Assembly (NCBI RefSeq): GCF_902713615.1 | Contig: NC_052155.1 | Coordinates: 190,946,429 to 191,010,428 of the forward strand | Direction of reading: 5' to 3' | Length of the DNA: 64,000 nucleotides | From: Scyliorhinus canicula | Taxonomy: Eukaryota | In this document: one piece after another, positions 12,403 through 24,310 of the stretch | Layout of the letters: each line of letters starts with the position of its first letter | How positions within the stretch are numbered: the stretch's first letter is position 1 | The notes under the pieces: generated by a model | What the model was told of the DNA's origin: nothing | Database searches by the model: none | Seen by the model: only the letters and a program-made list of their open reading frames with translations | Translations under genes and position numbers: made by a program

Positions 12403-13680
12403 ACAATGGAGGAAGGTCACAGTCTCAGGCCTTTTAGCCATAACACTGAGGGACTGGAAACTGTGTATCACATAGAACATACAGTGCAGAAGGAGGCCAT
12501 TCGGCCCATCAAGTCTGCACTGACCCATTTAAGCCCTCACTTCCACCTTACCCCGTAACTCATCCTAATGTTTTTGGTCACTGAGGGAAATTTATCATGG
12601 TCAATCCACCTAACCTGCACACTTGGACTGTGGGAAGAAGAACTCGTCACACTGTAAGCCTGATAAGGAACATACATTGTCAATATCTAGAATATTACAA
12701 TGGTATTGAGGCAAGGAGGAGTGGAATATGCTGTATGGAGACAGGTTTAACTTTGCTGCATTCTCTGTCAATTTCCAAGCTGCAATGTCTTGCAACGTGC
12801 TTTTCCATTTGTTTTAATTTGGGAAAATGTGAGTGGTTTACAATCCTTGTCACAATTTAATGTCATCAAAAGCTTCAATTTTATTCCCTCAAGTTCTAAA
12901 TTTCAATCCAACCGTGAGAATTTGTAAATTACTTTGATAAATCTGAATATTTGTGGAAAAAGTAACCATCACAAGTGACATGTTGTTAAAACTCAAAAGG
13001 AATCAGCAATGTTCTTCAAACAGGACAACTCTACACCCGTCCCCTCCCCTGACTCTGGTCACATTCTATACTGTGTGGGTGGCTGTTGTAACTCATTAGA
13101 ATGTTTGGAGAATTAGATCATTCTTAATCATTTCTTCGCCCGTAATTCCCATATCAAGTCCTAATTAATAAAAGGCTGATTTTACTGTGAGCTGACCTGG
13201 AAGTTGCTTCTTCACCGGGTGCAAAGCGGAGTTTCCCCTTGGGGCCAGAATATAACATCTATTAACATCCCAAAAACAAATAATTTCCTTATTATCATAT
13301 TGCTGTTTTGGGGGGTTTGTGGTATGTAAATTGGCTGATGTGTTTCACACAACACTGATGGCACTTTGCAATGTTCTTCATTGGCTCTGAAGTGTTTTGA
13401 GGCGTTTGGTGGATGTGAAAATCACAATATCAATGCAAACCTTCTTTCAAAGCACTCAGAAAAGGGACAAAGTTGCATAATATTGGCTCTGCTTTCTTTG
13501 TGAACTGAAGACTGCCAGGGAGGGTTCTATTATCTGTGTGTATATGATCTTTGTGTGCACTATCTGTACATGCACAGTGTGTATACCTATGTGCGCTCTC
13601 TCTCTGTGTACACTATCTGTGTGTGTATATCTGGTGCTGTGTCGATGAGAGAAGGTCCAATGGAGACTGATAAACGTGTG

Positions 13681-13711
13681 GTGCCATCTAGTGGCTACAG
13701 CTTCAGCTGCA
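13681..13711 (-). promoter_or_regulatory. Predicted CTCF binding site (core plus upstream motif)
   Basis: Minus strand CCACTAGATGGCAC is a 14/14 match to CCASYAGRKGGCRS. TGCAG lies 12 nt 5' of the core on the same strand. The site is in non-repetitive sequence. Confidence 0.7.
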
Positions 13712-14224
13712 GAATCCAGCCCGGACCTGACCCTGTGCCTCTAGAGTCCCCACTGCAAATGCAGCTCATTTTAGTTGAAGATCCTTTATGTAGTGTCCAA
13801 ATGCTCAGAGACTCAACCCAGGGTCCCTGGCTCTCACAGCTCTGCACTCACTGCCGCAATGTTTCAGCATCAACTCGTCTGGAAAGAAGGGGAGTAAAGT
13901 CTGCAGAACAAACCGCGAGATGTTCGATTTGTAAATGTATTTTCCCTCTTGTTACCTTTATTTCCGTTTGATCAGAACCCAATCTGATATCACAGGGATT
14001 AAACAGATTAGCCCAACAGTTCAACAATGTTTCGGTGTCATACGTGTGGAATGATGATCAGTTAATACCACCATTCAAAGTGTGTTTGAATCACAGTTTA
14101 ATTGATAGTAATTGTTGTGTGGGGATGGTAGCTGATTGGTTACTGCGAAGAGACTTTCCATTGTCCCAAGAGTTATTCATCCCGATCGAGCCTGGTGTTT
14201 CCAGAAAATGGAGGGAATCATTAT

Positions 14225-14261
14225 TCACCTGAGGAAGGAGCAGTGCTCTGAAAGCTAGTGA
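14225..14261 (+). ncRNA. Minimal type I hammerhead ribozyme within a Penelope terminal repeat
   Basis: TCAC-CTGAGGA-A-GGAGC(AGT)GCTCT-GAAA-GCTA^GTGA gives an intact core, a 5-bp stem II, a palindromic AGCT stem III and stem I TCAC/GTGA. Confidence 0.7.
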
Positions 14262-14349
14262 TTCGAACAAAACCTGTTGGACTTTAACCTGGTGTTGTAA
14301 GATTTCTTACTGTGCCTACCCCAGTCCAACGCTGGCATCTCCACACATG
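14226..14349 (+). mobile_element. Penelope-like terminal repeat, non-palindromic copy
   Basis: Runs from the hammerhead to ..CCCCAGTCCAACGCTGGCATCTCCACA, the conserved 3' end of the hairpin family. Confidence 0.75.
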
Positions 14350-14479
14350 ACTGTGCTGTTAGGGAGGGAGTTCCAGGATTGGCCCTAGTGACAGTGAAGG
14401 AACCAATGATTTTCCAAGTCAGGGTGGTGAGTGATTTGGAGGGGAACCTCCAGGTGGTGGGGTTCCCAGGTATCCATAG

Positions 14480-14767
14480 AATCCCTACAGTGCAGAAGGA
14501 GGTCATTTGGCCCATTGGGTGTGCACCGGCCCTCTGGAAGAGCACCCTACCAAGATCCACTCCTCCGCGTTATCCCCCAAAACCCCATAACCCAACCTAA
14601 CCTGCACATCTTTGGACTTTGGGAGGAAACCGGAGCACCCGGAGGAAACCCACAGACATGGGGAAAAAGTGCAAACTCCAAACAGACAGTGACCTAAGGC
14701 CTGAATTGGACACAGGTCCCTGGCACTGTGAGGCAGAGTGCTAACCACTGTGCTACTGTGCCGCCCA
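14480..14767 (-). mobile_element. tRNA-derived SINE (HE1-like)
   Basis: Reverse complement of the SINE head (..CTAAACCACTGTGCTACTGTGCCGCCC) and body. Confidence 0.75.
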
Positions 14768-15079
14768 GTAAGGATTCAGGGAGGGAAGCGCAATTGAGAG
14801 TCAGCCATGGGTGAAGGACGAGCGTGAGCCAAGTAGAAAGAGTTAGTAATTAGGAATGTACTACGTTTGGGGTTCAATGTTTTGAGGGATTCTTCTGATG
14901 AGAAGAATCTGACAGAATCTAACTGCCGATTTTACATTGGTTGCAATTGGAAAATCTATTTTCCTTAACATTGTACGTTTCAGGAATATAACTACAATGT
15001 TAAGCAAGGAATTAGTGTTCAGGAACGTGTCCATGGAAACTTGTAACATTGTAATTTTGTTTCATTTAATCTTTCAGGG

Positions 15080-15700
15080 ATGGGGGTGTCATTGGCTAGA
15101 CCGACATTTATTACCCATCCCTAATTGCCCTTGAGAAGGTGGTTTTGAGCCACCTTCTTGAGCCGCAGTGATCTTGTGGTGTAGGTACAGCCACAGTGCT
15201 GTTAGGGAGGTCGTTCCAGGATTTATACCAGTGACTGTGAAAGACCAGCTTTGGAGTTCTAAGTCAGGGTGGTGTGTGGCTTGTGGGGGCAACCTGCTTG
15301 TTGTGCTGTTCCCATACTTCTGCTGCCCCTGTCCTTCTAGATGGCAGAGGTCATGGGTTTGGAAGGTGTTGACAAAGGAGACTTGATGAGTTGCTACCAT
15401 GTTTCTTGTAGATGGTGTACACGGCTGCCACTGTGTGTCGGTGGTGGAGGAAGTGAATGATAAGGCTATTGGAAGGGATGCCAATCAACTGCGTTGCTTT
15501 GTCCTGGTTGATGTTGAGCTTTTGAGTGGTTGGAGCTGCACTCAGCCTGGCAAGTGGAAAATATTCCATCATATTCCTGCATTGTGCCGTGTAAATGATG
15601 TACAGGTTTTGGGAGTCGGGAACTGAGTTACTTGCCACAGTATTCCCAATCTTTGACCTGCTATTGTCGCCACATATGTCAGAGATATCACATCCGCAGG
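15080..15700 (-). mobile_element. Degraded LINE (CR1/L2-group) 3' fragment
   Basis: Shares degenerate sequence with the RT fragment at 16440-17035 (e.g. CAGGCAAGTGGA..TATTCCATCA.A.TCCTG). No intact ORF. Confidence 0.55.
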
Positions 15701-16439
15701 CCAATTGCTAAGTGTATGTACATGGCTGAGATATATCCCATAGGGGACTAGTGAATGGAGCGATGCAACAATTTGAAAGGGTGAATCCTTCCACCCAGGA
15801 AAAGCTACTGGTAATTTAAATATTGGTTAAATATTCAAGATGGCAGCCAAGATTTGAGGTCCAGGGATTGACATCATGGAGTGGAATAAGGTGCTGTATC
15901 AGTACTGATAGAGTCTGGAAGTGACTTGTCTTAGAAAACCAGACAAAAGTACGACAGGCAGATTTTGCAGTAGTAATCACGCTCAACATAAAAGTGTAAG
16001 TTTAAGTTGTAGATCAGACTGTGAAATAAAGATTACAGAATGTGGTGTTACTGAACTAAAAGTTGACATTCTCATGATGGCTGTCAATAAACTTGAGAAT
16101 AAATTACCAAGAGAACCAAAACAAAAGGAGTTATGATAGATGTAGAGAGTTTATTCTGAGGTACCAGATAGCCTTGAAGAAGTCCTTGCAGGTGGGATTA
16201 ATAAAACAAAGCTAGTTTCTGGGATTTTGAGGAGCCATGGGGTACAAATGTTAGAGTGGATCATCCCAAAGCTGAAAAGTAATCTACAATAGGTTTTCTC
16301 GCTCTCCTGGTCACATATTCCAAAGAGTATAAATAAATCAGTATTGCAGGGCAGTACTTTTCAAAGAAAAGTGTTTCTGAAGCTGCCCAAGGGGGGGAGG
16401 GGGCTCATGCGGAGGAAAGCCCAGACCTTTGGCAAGTCC

Positions 16440-17035
16440 CTGCAGTGCATTTGTAGATGTAGCAATCAAGCGGGCCTCTTTGTCCTGGATGGTGTTGAAC
16501 TTCTCGATTGTTGTTGCTCATCCAGGCAAGTGGAGAGTATTCCATCACACTCCTGACTTGTGCCTTGTAGATGGTGGACAGACTTTGGGGAATCAGGAGG
16601 TGAGTTACTCGCCGCAGGATTCCCAGCCTCTGACCTGCCCTGGTAGTCAGTGTTAATATGGCTAGTCCAATTTCTGATCAATGGTAACCCCCCAGGATGA
16701 TAAGTGTGGGGGATTCAGCGATGGTAATGCCATTGAATATCAAGGGGTGTTGGTTACATCCTCTCTTGTAGAAGATCATTGTCTGGCACTTGTGTGGCAT
16801 GAAAGTAATTTGCCACTTGTCAGCCCAAGCCCAGATATTGTCCAGGTCTTGCTGCATTTGGATACGGACTGCTTCAGTATCTGAGGAGTCGCAAATGGTG
16901 CTGAACATTGTGCAGTCATCCGCAAACATCCCCACTTCTGACCTTATGATGGAGGGGAGGTCATTGATGAAGCAGCTGAAGATGGTTGGGCCTCGGACAC
17001 TACCCTGAGGAACTCCTGCAGTAATGTCCTGGAAC
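16440..17035 (-). mobile_element. LINE (CR1/L2-group) reverse transcriptase fragment
   Basis: ORF 16678-16935 reads MFADDCTMF..QQDLDNIWAWADKWQ..F.PHKCQ. A GVPQGSV-type motif lies just upstream on the minus strand. Confidence 0.8.
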
Positions 17036-17329
17036 TGTCCTCAGTTGTTTATCTATGAAACTGCAGTCATGGAGAGAGTTTACATTCACTAATGTGAGTA
17101 GCAAGTTCATCTGAACACTAACTGGATTCTTCTACAGTGTTGCTTCAAGGAATATCCGTGACTCAGATAAGGTTAACTAAAAGTATAAAGATTCACAGAA
17201 ATGTGGTTAACTCTTAAATGGTCTCTAAAAGCATCTAGCAGTCCACTTGGGAAGGGCAATGTGGTTCCTGGGTCACAAGTGAAATTAATTAGGAACAATT
17301 TTCACATCAACCCATAATTATTTGCTTTT

Positions 17330-17550
17330 GGGGCAGCACGGTGGCACAGTGGTTAGCATTGCTGCCTACGGCGCTGAGGACCTCGGTTCGAATCCCGGCC
17401 CTGGGTCACTGTCTGTAAGGAGTTTGCACATTCTCCCCGTGTCTGCGTGGGTTTTGCCCCCACAACCCAAAGATGTGCAGGGTAGGTGGATTGGCCACGT
17501 TAAATTGCCCCTTAATTGGAAAAAATAATTGGGTACTCTAAATTTAAAAA
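17330..17550 (+). mobile_element. tRNA-derived SINE (short form)
   Basis: GGGGCAGCACGGTGGCACAGTGGTTAGC head, GGTTCGAATCC B box, A-rich tail. Confidence 0.8.
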
Positions 17551-17627
17551 AAAAAAAAATAATTATTTGCTTTTGATCTATTATGCAAATGAGGTGGGAA
17601 ACTCGCTGCCTTGAGTGGCCAAGCTAA

Positions 17628-17875
17628 CCATGCCATCCCAGGCCAGACCATCCCAGGCCAGACCGTCCCATCCCAGGCCAGACCGTCCCATCCCAGGCCA
17701 GACCGTCCCATCCCAGGCCAGACCGTCCCATCCCAGGCCAGCCCGTCCCATCCCATCCCAGGCCAGCCCGTCCCATCCCAGGCCAGCCCGTCCCATCCCT
17801 GACCATCGCAGGCCAGACCATCCCGGACCAGACCATCGCAGGCCAGACCATCCCGGACCAGACCATCCCAGACCG
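17628..17875. repeat. 15-20 bp minisatellite (CCATCCCAGGCCAGACCGTC)n
   Basis: Direct reading. It lies ~125 bp before the assembly gap. Confidence 0.9.
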
Positions 17876-18000
17876 GTTTAAGGATTAGAATAAGCCAAGG
17901 GGGGGGGGGGAATTGGGGCGATTTCCTGTGTTCAGAAACAGGAAACCCCGTTTCGTGATGATGTGGCGATTTCCTTCCGGTGTTAATGTCTAAATGTTAT

Positions 18001-18500
18001 NNNNNNNNNNNNNNNNNNNNNNNNNNNNNNNNNNNNNNNNNNNNNNNNNNNNNNNNNNNNNNNNNNNNNNNNNNNNNNNNNNNNNNNNNNNNNNNNNNNN
18101 NNNNNNNNNNNNNNNNNNNNNNNNNNNNNNNNNNNNNNNNNNNNNNNNNNNNNNNNNNNNNNNNNNNNNNNNNNNNNNNNNNNNNNNNNNNNNNNNNNNN
18201 NNNNNNNNNNNNNNNNNNNNNNNNNNNNNNNNNNNNNNNNNNNNNNNNNNNNNNNNNNNNNNNNNNNNNNNNNNNNNNNNNNNNNNNNNNNNNNNNNNNN
18301 NNNNNNNNNNNNNNNNNNNNNNNNNNNNNNNNNNNNNNNNNNNNNNNNNNNNNNNNNNNNNNNNNNNNNNNNNNNNNNNNNNNNNNNNNNNNNNNNNNNN
18401 NNNNNNNNNNNNNNNNNNNNNNNNNNNNNNNNNNNNNNNNNNNNNNNNNNNNNNNNNNNNNNNNNNNNNNNNNNNNNNNNNNNNNNNNNNNNNNNNNNNN
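18001..18500. other. Assembly gap (500 N)
   Basis: Run of N. Confidence 1.
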
Positions 18501-19690
18501 GAGAGCAAGAACATCCTTCCTCAGATAAGGAGACCAAAACTACACAAAATACTCCAGGTGTGGCCTCACCAAGGCCGTGTATAATTGCAGCAAGACATCC
18601 CTGCTCCTGTACTCAAATCTTCTCGCTATGAAGGCCACCATACCATTTGCCTTCTCTACCCCCTGCTGCACTTGCATGCTTACCTTCAGTGACTGGTGTA
18701 CGAGGGCACCTAGGTCTTGTTGCATATTCCCCTCCCCTCTCCTAATTTATGGCCAATCAGGTAATAATCTGCCTTACTATTTTTTGCTACCTCATATTTA
18801 TCTAAATTATACTACATCTGCCATTCATATGCCCACCCACTCAGCCTGTCCAAATCACACTGAAGCATCTCTGCATCCTCCTCACAGCTCACCCTCCCAA
18901 CCAGATCTGTGTCAACTGCAAATTTGGGAGATATTACATTTCATTCCTTGATCTAAGTCATTAATATACATTATATATATTAAGATATGTAATAGGGCTG
19001 GTTTAGCTCAGTGGACTAGACAGGCGGTTTGTAATGCAGAACAACGCCAGCAGCACAGGTTCAAATCCCATTCCTACTTATCCGAACAGGAGCCGGAATG
19101 TGGCGACTAGGGGCTTTTTACAGTAACTTCATTGGAGAACAAAGAACAAAGAACAATAAGTGATTACAATTGTGACAATAAGCAATTATTATTACTGTGA
19201 ATAGCTGGGGTCCTGGCATCGATCCCTGTGGTACACCACAAGTCACTGCCTGCCATTTGGAGAAGGTCCCATTTATTCCTACTTTTTTCCCCCCTATCTG
19301 CCAACCAGTTTTCTATCCATCCCAATACACTACCCCCAATTCCATCCACTTAATTCTTACACACTATCTCTTTTGTGGGACTTTGTCGAATGCCTTCTGA
19401 AAATCCAAATATATCACATCCACTGGCTCCCTTTCATCAACTCTACTAGTTACACCCTAAAAGAATTCCAGTAGAATCCATGCTGACTGCCTGATCCCAC
19501 CACTATTTTCTAAGTGCTCTGCTATAAAATCCATGAGAATGGATTCTAGAATTTTCCCCACTACTGACAGCAGGAAAACTGGTCTATAATTCCCTGTTTC
19601 CTCTCCATCTCCCTTTTTAAATAGTGGAGTTACATTAGCTACCCTCCAATCTGTTGGAACTATTCCAGAGTCTATAGAATCATGTAAGAT
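18501..19690 (-). mobile_element. CR1-type LINE RT fragments interrupted by a SINE (~18995-19135)
   Basis: Minus translations give FEYRSRDVLLQLYTALVRPHLEY, and VPTDWRVANVTPLFKKG..GNYRPV.L.SVVGKILESI. Confidence 0.8.
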
Positions 19691-21699
19691 GACCAGCTGT
19701 GGAGCCATTAGGTCCTAAGGGGCTGTCTAGCACAGGGCTAAATCGCTGGCTTTGAAAACAGACCAAGGCAGGCCAGCAGCACAGTTCGATTCCCGTACCA
19801 GCCTCCCCGAACAGGTGCCGGAATGTGGCGACAAGGGGCTTTTCACAGTAACTTCATTTGAAGCCTACTTGCTGACAATAAGCAATTTTCATTTCATTTA
19901 TTTATCTGGCCACTTCCTTAAGCACTCTGGGATGTAGATTATCAGGCCCTGGGGATTTATTGACCTTCAATCCCATCAATTTCCCCAACACCATTTCTCT
20001 ACAATATCAATTTCCTTCAGATCCTCCCATTTCTGGTACGTTATTTGTGCTCTCCTTTGTGAAGACATAAGGAAAGTATTTATTTGGTCAGATAAATGGA
20101 GAAAGACAGAAAGTGTGAGAAAAAGAGAATGGGAGATGGAGGCATGAGAGAGAAAGGATTGGTCAAAGCAAAAGACGTTGAGAGACAAATGGTGAGAGAG
20201 AGACAGATACATTAAGACAGAAAGAGCAAGAGTACAGAGGGGAAAAAAACCAGATCCAGAGAGAGGAAGGAACTTGCTACTCGCTTGACAGCAACAATTC
20301 TCCGACACCTGTATCGGTTTTGAAAATCCAAGAAAGATTTTGAGGTCGGAGTCTGAGTAAACTCAATAAACCAACTAAAAGCAGAAATGACAAAGGGTAG
20401 CGTGGTAGCACAGTGGTTAGCACTGTTATTTCACCGCTCCAGGGTCCCAGGTTCGATTCCCGGCTTGGGTCTTTGTGGAGTCTGCACGTTCTTCCTGTGT
20501 CTGCGTGAGTTTCCTCTGGGTGCTCCGGTTTCTTCCCACATTCCAAAAATGTGCAGATTAGGTGGATTGGCCGTGCTAAATTGCCCTTAGTGTCCAAAAG
20601 GGTTAGGTGGGTTACTGGGTGACGGGGATAGGGTGGAGGTGTGGGCTTAAGTGGGGTGCTCTTTCCCAAGGGTCGTGCAGACTCAATTGGCCGAATGACC
20701 TCCTTCTACATTGTAAATTCTATGATTCTATGAAAATAAAATGTTCATCTTCAATAGTTAGAAGAGGTGATGGACAATCGGGTTAGAACCTGGGGTTAGT
20801 TTATTTGCAGTAATGTTCCCACCTCTGGTTACTGGGGCACACAGGATGCACCTGTGCTAGCGGCAGTGCACAGACATGTAAAAAGATCTGAATCTCTACA
20901 GTGCAGAAGGAGGCCATTCAGCCCATTGAGTCTGCACTGATCCTTGGAAAGAGTACCCTACTTAGGCCCCATGCCCCAACCCGATCCCCATAACCCAGTA
21001 ACTCCACCTAACCTTTTGGACACTAAGGGGCAAATTAACATCCCCCTAACCTGTGCATCTTTGGACATGTGGGAGGAAACCGGAGCAGCCGGAGGAAACC
21101 CACGCAGACGTGGGGAGAACGTGCAGACTGCGCACAGAAACACAAGACAGGAGTTGAATCCGGGTCCCTGACGCTGGGAGGCAGCAGTGTTAACCACTGT
21201 GCCGCCGTGTCGTCCATATGAGCTTTGACAGAGTCATTGGACCCGAAACGTTTGCTCTTTTCTCTCCCTACACAGATGCTGCCAGACTTGCTGAGATTTT
21301 CCAGCATTTTCTCCTTCCTGCCGTCCATATTGTTCCTCATGTGGGACACATTGAAGAGATGTGGGCCTCTGGCCCTGACCAGGAGGCCCTGACACCTCCC
21401 AGTAAGAAGCTGTGTGAGATGGTTACTGGAACTGTTTGAATGGGGCAAGGACAGGGCGGGATAGCAGACAGAAGGTCAGTGCCGGGTAATATCAGAAAGC
21501 TGGTCCAGCCACTCAGCAGCTGTTCTGGGTGTGGGGAAAGGCAGATTGAAGTGAAACATTAACCGGGTGAAGTAGAAAAACGGCAGCATTGAGGCCACGT
21601 GGAGACTCAGCATTGGGTGGAATCGATTGACACAATTTCCGCTGTGGCAGCCTAGTCAGGGTGATGGTTAAACCTCCATCAGTCCAATCTTGGCCAAAG

Positions 21700-22149
21700 A
21701 TGGAGGGTCACATTGTGGTGATTTTACTCACCTCTTTCCTCAGTCAGTACTGTCGGTTCCAAACTGATTCTTTTGTTTATCATCCCCCCCCCCCTCCCCT
21801 TATTAACTAATAATCTGATTGATTTGTCTTATCTACTGCAGGGAAATCTGACGCTGTAACGCTGACACAGTCTGCACTCTCCATGACCAGACTTCCCAAC
21901 AAAACGGTGCGGTTTGAGTGTGAAATCCACGTTTCAGACTTCGCCAGTGCCATAATCCATTGGTACCGGCAGAGTCCGGGACAGGGGTTACAGAGAATGC
22001 TTTATTATAAGAATCCATCCGAGACCGCACAGGACATAACCAACAGGGTTTTATTTGCGGAAAAACGATCTGCCACCAAATCGTGCAGCCTGTTGCTGCG
22101 GGACATCAAGGAGGATGAATCCGGAATGTATTACTGTGCTCTCTGGGAC
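21700..22149 (+). CDS. TRGV: TCR gamma V segment, family A copy 1 (leader 21700-21742, intron 21743-21841, V exon 21842-22149)
   Basis: Spliced product is MEGHIVVILLTSFL-RKSDAVTLTQSALSMTRLPNKTVRFECEIHVSDFASAIIHWYRQ..YYCALWD. The intron is phase 1 (GTCAGT...TGCAG). Cys, Trp and Cys of the V domain are present, with the gamma-type IHWY motif and a downstream 23-RSS. Confidence 0.9.
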
Positions 22150-22188
22150 CACACTGTCTGAAACCGGAGGGGAGTCTTTACAAAAACC
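22150..22188 (+). other. 23-RSS of V-A1
   Basis: CACACTG + 23 nt + ACAAAAACC (consensus nonamer). Confidence 0.95.
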
Positions 22189-22750
22189 CCACAGCAGCTC
22201 ATACTCACTCTGAACAAGGTGCTGAAACACAGCTGGAGGGTTAGGACAGTTCCACCGGGGCTGCCCAGACAACATGTTCATTTCACCAGCTTAGTTGCAT
22301 ATTATTTTTGAACTTGGATGAATAAAAATTACTTTGTGAAACCAGTGAGATTTAATTATGACAATTCTGACTTTATTCTATAAATGGATATAACAAATGT
22401 AATAACACATGAACTACAAATAACAAATGATATAACAGGTTCCTCTGCCCTCACCCCTCTCCTCCCTCCCAGACCCAGGATATCTCCCCCCCCCCCCCCC
22501 CCCTCCTCAGTTTTCACCCCACCAGCCTCCACATTCAAATATCCTCTGCCAGTTCTGCCAACTCCAGCATGATTCCATCACCAGACACATCTTCCCCTCA
22601 CTCCCTCTGACTGCATTCCACAGGGACCGTTCCCTCCAGGATACCCTGGTCCACTCCCCCATCACCCCCAACACCTCACCCTCTTCCCAGTGCACCTTCC
22701 CATACAATCGCAGATGGTGTAACAGCTGCCCCTTTACCTCCTCCCTGCTC

Positions 22751-22954
22751 TGATGTGGAGATGCCGGCGTTGGACTGGGGTGAGCACAGTAAGAAGTCTT
22801 ACAACACCAGGTTAAAGTCCAACAGGTTTGTTTCAAACACGAGCTTTCAGAGCACGGCTCCTTCTTCAGGTGAAGAAGGAGCCGTGCTCCGAAAGCTCGT
22901 GTTTGAAACAAACCTGTTGGACTTTAACCTGGTGTTGTAAGACTTCTTACTGTG
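22751..22954 (-). mobile_element. Fold-back Penelope-terminus insertion with 13-bp TSD, private to unit 1
   Basis: TSD CTCCTCCCTGCTC at 22738-22750 and 22955-22967. The empty site is present in units 2 and 3. Inverted arms are 87 bp (22782-22868 and 22871-22957) with one mismatch and a 2-nt loop. Confidence 0.92.
22838..22874 (-). ncRNA. Minimal type I hammerhead ribozyme in the hairpin insertion
   Basis: Minus strand reads CAC-CTGAAGA-A-GGAGC(CGT)GCTCT-GAAA-GCTC^GTG. Confidence 0.7.
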
Positions 22955-23995
22955 CTCCTCCCTGCTCAACATCCCAGGGCTGACACACTCTTTCCAAGTG
23001 AGGCAGAGCTTCACGCTTACCTCCGTCAATCTGGTCTATAGCATTCGCTGCTCCCAGTGTGATCTACTCTACATTGGAGAGACTAAACACAGACTGGGTG
23101 ACCGCTTTGCAGAACACCCCCGGTCCATCCACAAGCAGGACCCAGACCTTCCTGTCGCTGCCATTTCAACTCCCCGTCCTGCTCTCACACCCACATGTCC
23201 GTCCTTGGCCGACTGTAATGTTCCAGTGAAGCCCAGAGCAAACTGCAGGAACATCACCTCATCTTCCGATTGGACACGCTTACAGCCTTCCAGACTTAAC
23301 ACTGAGTTCAACACCTTCAGACTGTGAACTCTCTCCTCCACTTTCACCCCATTTATATTTCTATCAATTCATTTTCATTTCTTCCATTGATCTGTTTTTC
23401 CCTCACCATTGTCCCCTCCCCCCCACCCCACCCCACTTAGACCATCTGTTCCCTGTTCCAAGTTGTCCTTTGACTCACTGCTGACTTTTTCTGCCATCCA
23501 CACATTCTAATCTCTTTATGTGCCACTATCAGCTCCTTCTTAGCCTTAATCACCATCATTTACATTCCCTACGTCTTTATGTTCATGGCATCTTTGTCAA
23601 TCTCCACCTATCACTGGCCCCTATCCAGACCCACAACTCCACCCCCTCCCTCACAACAGTATAAATCTCATCCTATTTCCAGTTCTCTGCAGTCTTGGCA
23701 AAGAGTTATCCTGACTCGAAGCGTTAGCTCCCTTCTCTCTGCACAGACGCTGTCAGACCTGCTGAGATTGTTCAGTATTTTCTATTTTTGTTTCAGATTC
23801 CAGCATCTGCAGTAATTTGCTTTTATAACAATTCTCATATGGTTTAAACTAATCACTCCATCTGCTTTGCCACGTTTTGCAAAACCCCTATAATAATGTA
23901 GTCACTGAGTTTTACAGCACATAACCTTTGGCCCATCATGTCTGTGCTGGTCACAAAGCACCTATCCAATTTCCACACCTGTTTCATAACATTGG

Positions 23996-24310
23996 GGCAG
24001 CACGGTGGCACAGTGGTTAGCAAAATAGCTTCACAGCGCCAGGGTCCCAGGTTCGATTCCTGCTTAGGTCACTGTCTGTGTGGAGTCTGCATGTTCTCTG
24101 CGTGTGTTTCCACCGGGTGCTCCGGTTTCCTCGCACAGTCCAAAGATGTGCAGGTTAGGTGGATTGGCCGTGCTAAATTGCCCTTAGGTTAGATGGGGTT
24201 GCAGGGTTATGGGGATAGGGTGGAGGTGTGGGCTTAACTAGGGTGCTCTTTCCAAGAGCTGGCATAGACTTGATGGGCTGAATGGCCGCCTTCTGCACTG
24301 TAAATTCTAT
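23996..24310 (+). mobile_element. HE1-like SINE (also at ~32980-33300 and ~41776-42095)
   Basis: GGGCAGCACGGTGGCACAGTGGTTAGC head, B box, and CR1-like tail (TAAATTCTATG). Confidence 0.8.

Larger units (their letters stand above)
22505..23825 (+). mobile_element. Penelope-like element fragment (GIY-YIG endonuclease and 3' end), unit 1
   Basis: NLVYSIRCSQCDLLYIGETKHRLGDRFAEH. It is frameshifted and ends in a decayed hammerhead-type terminus. Confidence 0.85.

Noticed and set aside
13970-14230. Possible exon of a neighbouring gene on the minus strand
   Set aside because: It is a short open frame with no recognisable protein motif and no convincing splice-site pair.
17980-18584. ORFs of 174-196 aa containing X
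   Set aside because: They span the N gap.
20859-20875. RAG-mediated origin of the triplication breakpoint (CAGTGCACAG next to the junction)
   Set aside because: There is no heptamer flush with the junction and no nonamer. Microhomology explains the junction adequately.
21221-21260. Functional hammerhead in the second Penelope-family termini (also 6741, ~23700 and paralogs)
   Set aside because: Stem II and GAAAC are recognisable, but the CUGANGA core is mutated in every copy.
21747-21752. Alternative leader donor GTACTG for V-A
   Set aside because: It gives phase 2 and an immediate stop (CAG GAA ATC TGA). The GTCAGT donor at 21743 keeps the V frame.
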